DNA of 64,000 nt, from positions 1,253-65,252 of the forward strand of contig DAHXMM010000028.1 in NCBI GenBank assembly GCA_027371715.1, given 5' to 3'. This document shows, in pieces, positions 44,151 through 54,276 of the stretch. Under the pieces are notes generated by a model, which was given only the letters and a program-made list of their open reading frames with translations, made no database searches and was not told the DNA's origin. The first letter of the stretch is position 1. Each line of letters begins with the position of its first letter. The position numbers and the translations under genes were made by a program. This DNA is from Elusimicrobiota bacterium (lineage in GTDB: Bacteria; Elusimicrobiota; Elusimicrobia; UBA1565; UBA9628).

Positions 44151-44183
44151 TATCCTAATACTTTTAAGTCATAGTTCTAAGGA

Positions 44184-45557
44184 ATGAAGCGAAAAAATTT
44201 AGACGCCCTATTTGGCGCCTTATTGCTTTTTTTGCCCGCTGTTCAATCACAAGCCGCCTTTGAGGATGTCTTTTACGACGCAAGAGCGGCCGCGATGGGG
44301 GGCGCCATGACCGCAATCCCCGATGACCAAGCAGCTCTTTTTTATAATCCAGCCGCCTTAGGGCAAACCCGCATTCCAGAAGTTGAAGCCAGCGCTCTCA
44401 ACCTCAAAAATACGCCCGCGGGAGCCGGCAATCAACAAACGGGAGACGCCCTAGCCGTTCTTCCGGCCCCTGAAGGCCTCAACGGCTCTTTTGGATTTGC
44501 GGGCCTCTATGATCAAAACTCAAGCCTCCCGGAAACAAACCGGGAAATCAAAATGGGATACGGGAGCCGCGGGCTTTTCGATACCGGGAATGGAACCTTG
44601 GATTTAGGAGGATCTTTGGATTATCTCAACGGAAACGTTCAAGGAGGTTCTCCCATCGGTCGCGCCGCCGCCGATTTAGGAGCTCTTTATAAATGGGATG
44701 ATCGCTATTCCATCGGGGCGTCCATTCTCAACCTCGGAGAGCCCACATTCCCTGCGCCCCAAGGCTTGACGGACATGGCCCCAACCACCCTGCGCGCGGG
44801 ATTTTCGGAATCATTGTCCGGATATACGGTCGGCATCGACGGCGTCCACCAAAGCGCGACCTCTCTTATCCCTGCTCTCAACTATGCCGCTCTTGGCATG
44901 GAACGCTGGTTTCCAACTGCGGAATATGGTTCCATCGCCGCACGGGCGGGGCTCAATATGGGAAATCTAAACAAGAGTTTCAGCGCCGGAATCGGCTGGC
45001 GAATCATGGGAGCCGAAGTTGATTATGCGCTTTTACTCCCGATGTCGGGCGCCACCGGAACCAGCGACGCCATTTCATTAAGTTTCCGCTTTGGGGCTTC
45101 CGACCCTCAAGCGGAATTTGAACGCATCCTAAGAGAAGAAATCGCTTATCGCAAGAAACTCTCCACGGCGCTTCAGGCCAGCCAAATTCATCAATGGGAA
45201 TTAGATGATGAGCTTAAAAATCTCAAAGATCAGCTTGAGACCATCAAATCCCAACTAGCGGATAAAACCCTTTCTGAAAAGGAAGCAAGATCCAAGCTCA
45301 GAAACCTTGAAGAACATCTCCAAGAGGAAGCGAAAAAAGCGGAACTTTTAAGAGAAGCCCGTAAAAAAGCGGCCAAGATGAGCGAACAAGAAAAATTCAC
45401 AAGAGACTGGAACGCCTACAGAAAGCTTAAGCTCAACGGAGCTCCGGACACAATTTTGATTCGCACGGTCAAGGAAATCTTACGCGCCTATAAAAATAAG
45501 CCCGTTGACCTTGCCCCTGCCAATCGGGAACTATTGCGTCTCATCAACGGGAAATAA
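44184..45557 (+). CDS. Outer-membrane barrel protein (PorV/FadL-like N-terminal motif) with C-terminal coiled coil
   Basis: Signal peptide. DARAAAMGGAMTAIPDDQAALFYNPAALG motif. About 300-aa barrel-like region, then about 150 aa of heptad-rich sequence (ELDDELKNLKDQLETIKSQLADK...). Confidence 0.6.
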   Translation: MKRKNLDALFGALLLFLPAVQSQAAFEDVFYDARAAAMGGAMTAIPDDQAALFYNPAALGQTRIPEVEASALNLKNTPAGAGNQQTGDALAVLPAPEGLNGSFGFAGLYDQNSSLPETNREIKMGYGSRGLFDTGNGTLDLGGSLDYLNGNVQGGSPIGRAAADLGALYKWDDRYSIGASILNLGEPTFPAPQGLTDMAPTTLRAGFSESLSGYTVGIDGVHQSATSLIPALNYAALGMERWFPTAEYGSIAARAGLNMGNLNKSFSAGIGWRIMGAEVDYALLLPMSGATGTSDAISLSFRFGASDPQAEFERILREEIAYRKKLSTALQASQIHQWELDDELKNLKDQLETIKSQLADKTLSEKEARSKLRNLEEHLQEEAKKAELLREARKKAAKMSEQEKFTRDWNAYRKLKLNGAPDTILIRTVKEILRAYKNKPVDLAPANRELLRLINGK

Positions 45558-45583
45558 AAGGGGCCGCCTTGAAGCGGCCCCTT
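45558..45583. terminator. Bidirectional GC-rich hairpin between convergent genes
   Basis: AAGGGGCCGC-cttgaa-GCGGCCCCTT: perfect 10-bp stem. Confidence 0.65.
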
Positions 45584-45600
45584 GAGCAACCGACTCCGTT

Positions 45601-45858
45601 TTAGCTGAGGTGTTTGCTGACAAGTTTAGTCATCTCAAACATATTGACGGAAGATTTCCCGCCGAAAACGGCTTTCAGCTTATCGTCCGCGTTAATCTGA
45701 CGCCTATTTTTCTTATCTTGAAGGTCCTGCTTTTTGATATACGCCCACAATTTCTTAACCACCTCGGTCCGGGGAAGGGCCTTGGAACCGACAATTTGGG
45801 CCAATTCGGAACTCGGGGTCAATTCTTTCATGAAGGCGGCATTCGCTTTTTTAACCAT
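45601..45858 (-). CDS. SWIB/MDM2 domain protein (85 aa)
   Basis: ELAQIVGSKALPRTEVVKKLWAYIKKQDLQDKKNRRQINADDKLKAVFG: SWIB signature. AAGGAGAAAATC-ATG at 45858. Confidence 0.85.
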   Translation of the reverse strand: MVKKANAAFMKELTPSSELAQIVGSKALPRTEVVKKLWAYIKKQDLQDKKNRRQINADDKLKAVFGGKSSVNMFEMTKLVSKHLS

Positions 45859-46013
45859 GATTTTCTCCTTGTTGCGTGGTGATTCAAATAAGTCCAGAGC
45901 TTTATTGTGACTGTTTTCCCGCCCCGCGTCAAGCCCCGTCCAACTATTTGACATTGTGTCCAAATATATGCCAGTCTTGCGGTAAGAGAGTCTCAGACTC
46001 CCAAGGAGACGCC

Positions 46014-47300
46014 ATGTCTAAGAAGATCGCATTGTTTGTCCTTTTGAGCCTCATCGGAATTTCATTCCCTCATCGCTCGGCTTTCGCGAGTTCAGCCCAG
46101 GCTGGATACGCCCGAATGATTCTCACCTTTCGCCAAAGCGCAAGCCCTGAAGAGAGGCGACAACTCATTTCCTCTATTAAAGGCGCTGTTTTAGTCCAAA
46201 ACCTTGAGGGTTTTAATATCGCGATTATTGAGATTCCTAAAACCCGTTCTCTCTCGATCATGGAAGAAGCCAAAAGCTCTCCTGCCTTGAAAGCCGCGGA
46301 AAAAGATTTCCGCATCAACTGGATTAAAGATGTTGACGGAGAGCCTTCCCTTTCTTCTTCTTTTGAACAGGCGCAAAATATGATGAAGGACGCGAGTTTT
46401 CATTGGCCCTGGGGCAAGCGCCAACCTTCAGTTCCCGGTATTCACTGGAACATTCGCCGCCTCAAAGCGCCACAAGCCTGGGTCAAGACCCAAGGAAACG
46501 GAGTCAAAGTCGCAATTATTGATACCGGCGTTGATTGCTCTCACCCTGATCTTAAGTGCAGTTTAATTGATGGCGCCAATATGACCAAGCCCCAAACCCC
46601 TCCCATGGATGACAACGGACACGGCACCCATGTCGCCGGCATCATTGCCGGACAAGGAAAAGACGGTGGGGTTTTCGGCGTAGCCCCCCAGGTCACCCTT
46701 ATGCCCGTAAAAGTTCTTAACGCCGACGGCTCTGGAAACCTCTCGGATGTGGTCAGTGGAATTTATTGGGCCATGACTCATGGGGCCCAGGTCATCAATA
46801 TGTCTTTGGGTGCCCCCACTCCCGCAACCGCCCTTGAAGAAGCCGTTCACAAGGCCTACCAGGCCGGAGTCGTCATCGTCGCCGCCGCCGGAAATGACGG
46901 ACAGAACGCCTCCCGAAGCGGAGAAACCAGCACGGTTGATTATCCCGGGGCTTATCCCTGGGTGATTGCAGTCGCGGCCTCTGACCGAAAAAATCATATC
47001 GCCCCTTTCTCCAGCTTCGGCCCGGCCGTGGATATCACTGCTCCCGGAGACAATATTTTATCCACCGTCCCTAATGGCTATGAGAAGATGTCGGGAACCT
47101 CGATGGCCAGCCCCCATATCGCCGGAGTCGCGGCGCTGGCGATTGCTTCCGGAGACGCGGGGCCTGATTCAGTTAAAGCGGCTCTCAACAATTCCGCTTC
47201 TCTTTTGTGTCCAAAAAGCATTTTTAGAGGCCGTCAATGCGCCCCCGCAACCGATGAGGGTCACGGACTTCCGAACGCCTCAAAAATCGTCGGACTCTAG
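46014..47300 (+). CDS. Secreted subtilisin-like serine protease (S8) with I9 propeptide
   Basis: AAGGAGA RBS, signal peptide MSKKIALFVLLSLIGISF. Catalytic triad motifs VAIIDTGVD, HGTHVAGIIAG and SGTSMASPHIAG. Confidence 0.9.
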   Translation: MSKKIALFVLLSLIGISFPHRSAFASSAQAGYARMILTFRQSASPEERRQLISSIKGAVLVQNLEGFNIAIIEIPKTRSLSIMEEAKSSPALKAAEKDFRINWIKDVDGEPSLSSSFEQAQNMMKDASFHWPWGKRQPSVPGIHWNIRRLKAPQAWVKTQGNGVKVAIIDTGVDCSHPDLKCSLIDGANMTKPQTPPMDDNGHGTHVAGIIAGQGKDGGVFGVAPQVTLMPVKVLNADGSGNLSDVVSGIYWAMTHGAQVINMSLGAPTPATALEEAVHKAYQAGVVIVAAAGNDGQNASRSGETSTVDYPGAYPWVIAVAASDRKNHIAPFSSFGPAVDITAPGDNILSTVPNGYEKMSGTSMASPHIAGVAALAIASGDAGPDSVKAALNNSASLLCPKSIFRGRQCAPATDEGHGLPNASKIVGL

Positions 47301-47306
47301 GGTTCG

Positions 47307-48446
47307 TTAATAAATCATCCAGCCGGGAAGAACGTTCGGCTTTGAATTTTGAGGAGTAGCGCCGGGGTTGGTGATGATGGGCTGTTCTTCCAAATTCTGA
47401 AGCGGAGAGACATTGCCTCCGGCATTTTGATTGAGCTTTTTTGTATGACTCTCGCCAGGACGGATTTCCCCGCCAAAACGGTAGCTCAAAGTCACGCGCT
47501 GAAGATCGTTAAAGCCGTTAGTGGCCAAGGCCCAGGCATAGTCGAGATAAATACGGGATTTCCAATGGAGGCCAAACCCCGCGGTAACCCCCATTGAAGT
47601 TTGGATAAATTGATATCCTGCCCTAAATGCGACGATGTCCATCAAATCATACTCCGCTCCGGCGTCTACAGAATACATCCTTTCTTGGGCCACATAAATG
47701 GAGTCCATGGACAAGGTATAGTTGTCTCCATCAGGGACATTCCCTTGATACGCAAGGCCCGCTCTTAGAATGGTCGGAATTGGATCGGCATAGCCCCCAT
47801 AATTGAGACTGCCCCCGATATTGTTGGCGGAAAGGCCCAGGGAAACTCCCTCATCTGGGATATCGGCCAAATAGCCGATTGACCCGGAAAAAGTCTGGGC
47901 GGAATAAGCCTGAACAAGACTCGAATGAAGGTATTCTCCCTCAATTCCAATAAACTGATTGACGCGATGTTCGTAATCTCCCAAATCCAAGGAACTTTTG
48001 GCCAAGCGCTCGGAATACCCGACTCGCGCCACGATGTCGGATCCGGCGTTAAGAGACTGAGACGACTGAAATGAACCATTGGGATTAGTATTATTGACGT
48101 CAATAGTCCCATTTTGGGCCACAACCAAACTTGCCCCGATACTCGCGTCCCCGTTCCCAAAAATTCCCTTAAAAGAAATGGGGGCCGCGTAGTCAAGATC
48201 TTCGTAGTTGTTATCAACCAGCCCCCCCATGAAAGTCGCGTCCACTTCTTGACTGTTTAAGCGGCTTAAGCCCGCAGGGTTATAATAGAGAGCGGAAGCG
48301 TCGTTTGAAATAGCGGTAAAAGCGCCGCCCATGCCGAGAGCGCGGCTTCCCAAGGGCTCTTGTAAAATAGGCGCAGCCGTCACCCCAGGCCCGTATTGAG
48401 CCTGGGCGAAAGAAGCAAAACCGAGAAGCAGCCCTAAAAGAAACAT
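47307..48446 (-). CDS. Outer-membrane barrel protein (PorV/FadL-like motif)
   Basis: Signal peptide MFLLGLLLGFASFAQA. GSRALGMGGAFTAISNDASALYYNPAGLS motif. Barrel-like alternation. Lies directly downstream of the metalloprotease gene. Confidence 0.6.
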   Translation of the reverse strand: MFLLGLLLGFASFAQAQYGPGVTAAPILQEPLGSRALGMGGAFTAISNDASALYYNPAGLSRLNSQEVDATFMGGLVDNNYEDLDYAAPISFKGIFGNGDASIGASLVVAQNGTIDVNNTNPNGSFQSSQSLNAGSDIVARVGYSERLAKSSLDLGDYEHRVNQFIGIEGEYLHSSLVQAYSAQTFSGSIGYLADIPDEGVSLGLSANNIGGSLNYGGYADPIPTILRAGLAYQGNVPDGDNYTLSMDSIYVAQERMYSVDAGAEYDLMDIVAFRAGYQFIQTSMGVTAGFGLHWKSRIYLDYAWALATNGFNDLQRVTLSYRFGGEIRPGESHTKKLNQNAGGNVSPLQNLEEQPIITNPGATPQNSKPNVLPGWMIY

Positions 48447-48463
48447 GATTAACTCTTAACCTT

Positions 48464-51400
48464 TTATTTCACGACTGCCACCTTTAAAATCTTGGATAAC
48501 CCGGGCCCCGCAACCCGGACCAGATAAATGCCGCTGGCCACGGTAAAGCCACGCAAATTTTTCCCGTTCCAATTAACCGAACCGCTTCCGGCAGAGACGT
48601 TTCCCTCAAACAAGGTCGCAACTTCCTCGCCATTCATCGTGTAGGCCTTAATACTCACATTTCCCGCTTGCTGAATTTGATATTTAATCGTCGCTTCCTG
48701 ACCTTTGAGGGGATTAAAAATATTATTCCAAGCCGAGGCATCAGTCTGGGAAGCCCCTAAATTCAAAGGCCCCGACAGCCCCATACTGACCGTGCTGCCG
48801 TAAACATCATACCCAAAGACTTCCAAATAGACGGTTCCGACCGCGGGGAACCGGGTAGAAAAATTATTTTGAATCTGGACGGAACCGGAAATTTGCCCAT
48901 TGGTATCCGTTGAAGAAATCAAGGTTAAATAATTAGAAGGCGAAACAGGGGAGGTCTGCGTGCCAGCAAGAATGTTCTGGGATTGATCTCTCAGTTGCGC
49001 ATAGGCAAAGAAATATTGCGGAGTTTGTAAATGCACTTCCGATCCTAGTTGCGAAGCACTGACATTGGAGGCGATAGTCACTTGAAAACTAATCAGGTCT
49101 TGGTTGACGGCCGCGCTCACGACATTGGCGGATAAGGCGTTGATTTGCGGGAAACTGAAATCCAAGGTATAGGGATTTAAGGAACTAGCTCCGCTGACAG
49201 AATCTGAACCATCGTTTCCCCCGGTCACGTCCAAGAAAAATCTTCCGCCGGAAGAAGTATAGCTTAACTGAATGCTTGAAGCCGTCACCTCGCAGTCATT
49301 AACCATGCAGTAACCGTCCAGCGTGTTAAGCCCATTAAAGCTCGGAGCGACAGTCGTGATAATATCATGATTTGAGTCTAAAAGAGTCATTTGATAACCC
49401 TTATAATATCCGGGATTAGCCGTCGAGGATGACAGATAAAGGGTAATATTGATGGGTCCTGGAGCGGCCGCGAAAGTGTAAAAGTCTTGTTCTCCGGCGG
49501 GATAAAGAGTGGCGGTCACCGTTGACATCGTGCTGACGTCTAAAGCCGTCCCAAAACCGCTATTACAGTACGGGTCATTAGAGTTAACTTGAGGATAAGA
49601 GCAAAGACTAATTCCATGATCCTGGAAAGAAGCGAGGATGTCTGAAGCTATATTAGAGGCAGAGGTAAAACTACACGCGGGAGCAAGTCCCATGGAATTA
49701 GCATCTAAAAGAGCTTGCTCCATTTCCTCGAAACTCTCCGGAAAAAAGAGAAGCGCATTCATTTCCAGCTGGCTGATGCAGTTAATGGCAGGACAATTGA
49801 GCTGATTGCTGGGACTTGAGGGCGGGGTTGAAAGCTCCGCGGCCGTGCAAGCCCCGTCTCTGGCAATTTCTTTTCCCCGAATTTCCCACATGGATTGACT
49901 GAAAAATTCTCCGTCGCAGTGAATTTCTCCTTCCCAGGTCGCGCTGGAATAAACCGCCGGCTGAACGTTTCGACAACTGTCAACCATGCCGCCAAAAGCC
50001 GAACACCCGTTGTTTGAATCCGTGCTGGATCCGCACAAGTTGCGCACCGGGCCGTTAGCAGGGGTCTCTCCATTAACGTAATAGCCAATCCCAGGATCAT
50101 TAAGAGAATTGGCGGACCAAAAATCAGCGTTCCCTTCTGAAATCGCGCCCGATTGGCCAAAGTTAGTGATTGGCCAAATCTTTTGAACCAAATAATGCGT
50201 GAGTTCGTGATGGGGAACAGTGGCGTCATCGGTCATGATGTCAAGAGGAGGATTGATGGGCTGTCCGCCGTCGCCAAACCACACGTTATCATCCTGGGGG
50301 TCATAAAAAGCGTTGGTCATGTTGGGACCAAAAAACGCCAAAGCCGAAGCCCTGCCGCTGAGAAATTCAGAGCTTAAAGTCGGGCCAAGGACTTGACTAA
50401 AAAAATCATGTTGGAGATTTAAATGATAATAAAGGCTCAACTCCCCTTCCATGCCGGAGGGCGTCATCGTGGAAGCCCAGATGACATTGTTGTTGGCCCC
50501 CGTAACGGTGGGATTAGACAAGACCAAATAGCTGGAAGACACAATAGAGTATGAATCTCCTCCGGGACTTGCGGGTTGTTCCGCTAGTAAGACACTATCG
50601 GAATTGCCGACCGATATCGTGCCATTAAAGGACGTGACTCTGGACGGAGTTAGATTTCCCACATAGCTGGCGACGAGATTCCCATTAGAATCTAAAATCA
50701 AGAGCTCATCATCCGTCACAATCCCAAAATTCTCGCCCGTGGCGCTAGTCAAACTGGCCCCCACATTAAGGCTAGAAAAAACTGGGAGAAAACCGACCGC
50801 ATTTAAAGCGAGCGGAATGTTAATTGTTTGGCTTGAGATAATGCCGCCGGGAGTTGAGGCCGGAGAAGGACCGTAAGAAATGCTCTCTGGAATGTCATTC
50901 CAAGCTCCGCCCTCATTGACATACCAGGCATTGGCTCCAAAATAACTCGAGACATTAATATTTTGCCCCTGGAGCATCGTAAAAACCTCTCCATTTTGAG
51001 CGGAAGAATAATTGCCGCTTTGATCGGTCGTGGTTCGGTAAGAAGATCCGCCTACATAAACCCATTCATTTTCAAAAGGCCGGGTCGCGAAACAGGGCGG
51101 AACGACACCGGAACAAGCCGGGTTTTGAAGTTGCTGTTGCGGATCAACATCAAAAACCATCCCCTGGACGTTTCCGGAAAAACCGGCGGATTCAAAAACA
51201 TCGTAGCGCAAAAGAATTTGTCCAGTCTTGGCATCCACATAATATCGCCACAAATGCTGGGGTTTTCTCACTAAAAATCTCCACGCTAAGTGAGGAGCGC
51301 CGGTCGCTAAGTCTGGAAATATGACCAAGGTCGGCGTCACGGGATTACCGCCTGAGTCCTGAAAGACGGTCTGGGCGGCCTGAGAAGAGGGAATGCTGGG

Positions 51401-51883
51401 CGAGGTATTGATTTGAATATTGGGCAAAAAATTGGAATCAAGCCTTAGGACCGCGCCCACAGAATCCATGTGAACCTTGACACGGCTAAATTCGACCGGA
51501 AGCCCTTGATAGGTTTGTTGGTAGAGAACGTGCATATGGCCCGGGGCAGAGTTTTCGTTTAAAAACTGAAGCTCGGTGGGATTGAGATTGAGATTCTTTC
51601 CGACCGCCGCAAGAAAAGAATCCGCCGCAACCTTGGGACGCACTTTTGAAAAACTGGGAGACGCCATCCGAACTCCGACCGCATGACTAGGAAAATGAGA
51701 GTGATTGTAGGAATAAATATAAGGAGAGGAAGCGCCGGCGGAAAAGATAGGCGGTCTCGGAAAAACTTTATTGAGCCCAAAGCGTTGAATGTCGGTTTGA
51801 GATTTAGAAGAAGCCTTAAAAGCAAAGAGCGGGCTGAGGATCAAAAGGTAAGCGAAAAAGACAAGGAATAAATTTTTTCTCAC
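48464..51883 (-). CDS. Large secreted zinc metalloprotease (M36/M4-like) with FlgD/T9SS-type C-terminal sorting-like domain
   Basis: GTG start overlaps the upstream stop. PepSY/FTP-like propeptide (HVLYQQTYQGLPVEFSRVKVHMD). HELTHYLV...GAISEGNADFW. The last 85 aa or so (FNPLKGQEATIKYQIQQAGNVSIKAYTMNGEEVATLF...WNGKNLRGFTVASGIYLVRV) resemble Por_Secre_tail/FlgD-Ig domains. Confidence 0.7.
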   Translation of the reverse strand: MRKNLFLVFFAYLLILSPLFAFKASSKSQTDIQRFGLNKVFPRPPIFSAGASSPYIYSYNHSHFPSHAVGVRMASPSFSKVRPKVAADSFLAAVGKNLNLNPTELQFLNENSAPGHMHVLYQQTYQGLPVEFSRVKVHMDSVGAVLRLDSNFLPNIQINTSPSIPSSQAAQTVFQDSGGNPVTPTLVIFPDLATGAPHLAWRFLVRKPQHLWRYYVDAKTGQILLRYDVFESAGFSGNVQGMVFDVDPQQQLQNPACSGVVPPCFATRPFENEWVYVGGSSYRTTTDQSGNYSSAQNGEVFTMLQGQNINVSSYFGANAWYVNEGGAWNDIPESISYGPSPASTPGGIISSQTINIPLALNAVGFLPVFSSLNVGASLTSATGENFGIVTDDELLILDSNGNLVASYVGNLTPSRVTSFNGTISVGNSDSVLLAEQPASPGGDSYSIVSSSYLVLSNPTVTGANNNVIWASTMTPSGMEGELSLYYHLNLQHDFFSQVLGPTLSSEFLSGRASALAFFGPNMTNAFYDPQDDNVWFGDGGQPINPPLDIMTDDATVPHHELTHYLVQKIWPITNFGQSGAISEGNADFWSANSLNDPGIGYYVNGETPANGPVRNLCGSSTDSNNGCSAFGGMVDSCRNVQPAVYSSATWEGEIHCDGEFFSQSMWEIRGKEIARDGACTAAELSTPPSSPSNQLNCPAINCISQLEMNALLFFPESFEEMEQALLDANSMGLAPACSFTSASNIASDILASFQDHGISLCSYPQVNSNDPYCNSGFGTALDVSTMSTVTATLYPAGEQDFYTFAAAPGPINITLYLSSSTANPGYYKGYQMTLLDSNHDIITTVAPSFNGLNTLDGYCMVNDCEVTASSIQLSYTSSGGRFFLDVTGGNDGSDSVSGASSLNPYTLDFSFPQINALSANVVSAAVNQDLISFQVTIASNVSASQLGSEVHLQTPQYFFAYAQLRDQSQNILAGTQTSPVSPSNYLTLISSTDTNGQISGSVQIQNNFSTRFPAVGTVYLEVFGYDVYGSTVSMGLSGPLNLGASQTDASAWNNIFNPLKGQEATIKYQIQQAGNVSIKAYTMNGEEVATLFEGNVSAGSGSVNWNGKNLRGFTVASGIYLVRVAGPGLSKILKVAVVK

Positions 51884-52980
51884 GAACCCTTCCCCAACGT
51901 TAAATGTTCCAGAAGAAACGTCGCCGCCTCAATGCGCAAGCGCAAATCGGCATTCGATTTCATCGTTACAACCAATAAATGGTCTGAACGAAGAGAAGGA
52001 TCGGCTCCTAAAACGTTGAGGGCCAAGTTTTTCAAATCGGGATCGGGGGCATTGAGAATGCGTTCGGCTAGATCAAGGCTAATTTTTCGCCCGCGCCGGG
52101 CGAGTCCCGCTTGAGCTTCCAGACGAGTATCGGAATTAAGAGAATCCTCGGATATTTTTTCAAGGGCAGCGACAGAGCCTTTATCCGATAAAAGGGCGAG
52201 TCCCGCAAGGGCCTGGGCGCGAACCCGCGGATCCTCATCTTTTAAAGCCGCCGTTAAAAGCGGCGCGCTTTGAGAGGCCGGAAATCGCGGCAAAACCCGC
52301 ATGGTTTCTTCCCGAACCTCGACCGCCGGGTCAACAGCCGCGCGAGTCAACTCCTTAAGGGCCTCGGGGGTCCCAATATCTCCCAAATCCTTGACCGCCG
52401 CGACCCTCACCGACACCTCCGGGCTATCCAAGGCGGAATCAAACTCGGCTTCAAAATCGGCAATCCCCATTCTTGCCAAACCCGCCGCCGCCGCGTCTCT
52501 GACTTCCCCGGAAGGATCGTTTAAAAGACTTCTCAACAAAGCTTCCGACTTTTTCCCCTCAATTTCAAATAATTTTCGAATTGCCAAAACCCGCATTTTA
52601 TCATGAGCGATGCGGCGGAGTTCTTCCACTGGAGAAGAGTCAGAAGCGCTTTGAGGAGATTGACGGATAATGGATTTCAAAACAGAAACCCCCGCAAGGC
52701 TATGGAGCTGAAAAAGGCTATAGGCCGCCGCAATACGAACAGAATCATCTTGATCCAATAAGGCTTGTTTTAAGACCGGGATGGCGGCGGGATTTCCGAT
52801 AATACCCCAGGCTCTGGCCGCTTGAGAGCGGACGCGCGAATCCGAATTCGACAAGGAGCCGGATAAGAGTTTCAGAGCCTCTTTTCCGTCCGCCCGCAAA
52901 TCCTTGGGCGCGGGAGACCCCGCGAAAACAAAGCTTGTTCCAAACATGAAAAACGCTAAACACAGATTTAATTGGTTCAT
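51880..52980 (-). CDS. HEAT-repeat protein, secreted
   Basis: Start at MNQLNLCLAFFMFGTSFVFA. Repeated D..VR..AA..L units (DDSVRIAAAYSL, SGEVRDAAAAGL, EVSVRVAAVKDL, DPRVRAQALAGL). Confidence 0.7.
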   Translation of the reverse strand: MNQLNLCLAFFMFGTSFVFAGSPAPKDLRADGKEALKLLSGSLSNSDSRVRSQAARAWGIIGNPAAIPVLKQALLDQDDSVRIAAAYSLFQLHSLAGVSVLKSIIRQSPQSASDSSPVEELRRIAHDKMRVLAIRKLFEIEGKKSEALLRSLLNDPSGEVRDAAAAGLARMGIADFEAEFDSALDSPEVSVRVAAVKDLGDIGTPEALKELTRAAVDPAVEVREETMRVLPRFPASQSAPLLTAALKDEDPRVRAQALAGLALLSDKGSVAALEKISEDSLNSDTRLEAQAGLARRGRKISLDLAERILNAPDPDLKNLALNVLGADPSLRSDHLLVVTMKSNADLRLRIEAATFLLEHLTLGKGS

Positions 52981-53172
52981 TTTTCTAGCCCCTTTTCTCA
53001 TAAGCCTAAGGTCGGGACAAGGCCGTCCCAAAGGTTCATAAGGCAAGGCATAGCCTATAAAAGTATGACGGAAAAAACCAACTTTTCGGTTTCCAGAATA
53101 TTACAGAAAATAATTCGCGCCAAACGCCTAATTTCTTGTTCTTTTTGTATACTTTTAAAAAAGGAGAATCTC

Positions 53173-54273
53173 ATGGCGGAATTAACTGAAATTTTAGCGA
53201 TGGCCGTTCAGCAAAAAGCCAGCGACATTCTTCTCGCCCCTCATCAGCCGGCTAATGCCCGTATCCACGGCGTCATCCGCCCCTTGCCCGGCATTACTCC
53301 CCCGGACGCCGCCGAATGTAAAAGGTGGGTTTTTTCCGCCCTGACCCCAACCCAGCAAAAAGACTTTGAGCGCGAGCACGAGCTTGATTTTGCCTTTAGC
53401 GTCAAGGGCGTGGGACGTTTTAGAACCAACGTTTTTCTTCAAGCCTACGGAGTTGCCGCCGCATTTCGACATATCCCGAGCATCATTCCAACACCGGAAC
53501 AAATCGGCCTCAATCAAACCATTTTAAACCTTTGCAATCTGCCCCGAGGCCTCGTTCTGGTCACCGGACCGACCGGATCAGGAAAAACAAGCACCTTAGC
53601 CGCGATGATCGAACGAATCAACGCCAATCAGCACAAGCACATCTTAACCATCGAAGACCCTATTGAATTTCTCTATCAGAGTAAAAATTCCCTCGTCAAT
53701 CAACGGGAAGTGGGCGTTCATACCGGTTCCTTTAGCCGCGCTCTTAAATACGCTCTCCGCCAAAACCCGGACGTCATCTTAGTTGGAGAAATGCGCGACC
53801 GCGAAACCATGGCCCTGGCCTTGGCCGCGGCGGAAACGGGACATCTCTGCTTTTCGACCCTTCACACCCGGGATGCCGCTTCCACCGTCAACCGCATCAT
53901 CGAGGAATTTCCCAGCGATCAGCAAAACAGCCTTCGTATCATTCTCTGTTCGGTCTTAGCCGGAGTCATTTGTCAGACGCTTCTTCCCCGCAAAGGCGGC
54001 GGTATGGCTTGCGCGAGAGAAGTGATGATCATGAATTCCGCTGTTTCTAAATTAATCCAGGACAACAAACTCAGCCAAATTAACGGCGCGATAGAAACCG
54101 GATCCGCCAGCGGCATGTTTTCTCTCAACCAGGATTTAGCGAAACTCGTCAATTCCGGCCAGGTCACCATGGAAGAGGCCATGCTCAAGTCCATGGACCC
54201 GCAAATGTTGCACAAGCTCATCGCCTCAACTGGAGACGGAAGTTTTGGTTCGTTCCAAAGCTTGTCTCGCTAA
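53173..54273 (+). CDS. pilT: Type IV pilus retraction ATPase PilT
   Basis: AAGGAGAATCTC-ATG. ASDILL..., GPTGSGKTSTLAAMI, TIEDPIEFLY and VGEMRDRETMALALAAAETGHLCFSTLHT. Confidence 0.9.
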   Translation: MAELTEILAMAVQQKASDILLAPHQPANARIHGVIRPLPGITPPDAAECKRWVFSALTPTQQKDFEREHELDFAFSVKGVGRFRTNVFLQAYGVAAAFRHIPSIIPTPEQIGLNQTILNLCNLPRGLVLVTGPTGSGKTSTLAAMIERINANQHKHILTIEDPIEFLYQSKNSLVNQREVGVHTGSFSRALKYALRQNPDVILVGEMRDRETMALALAAAETGHLCFSTLHTRDAASTVNRIIEEFPSDQQNSLRIILCSVLAGVICQTLLPRKGGGMACAREVMIMNSAVSKLIQDNKLSQINGAIETGSASGMFSLNQDLAKLVNSGQVTMEEAMLKSMDPQMLHKLIASTGDGSFGSFQSLSR

Positions 54274-54276
54274 CAG

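Noticed and set aside
45941-45965. Partial resemblance of gacattgtgtccaaatat to the MITE end (ttgtgtcccgaaaata).
   Set aside because: The match is only 8+5 nt with a 2-nt gap. There is no CTAG/TA flank context and no second arm, so it is within chance expectation.
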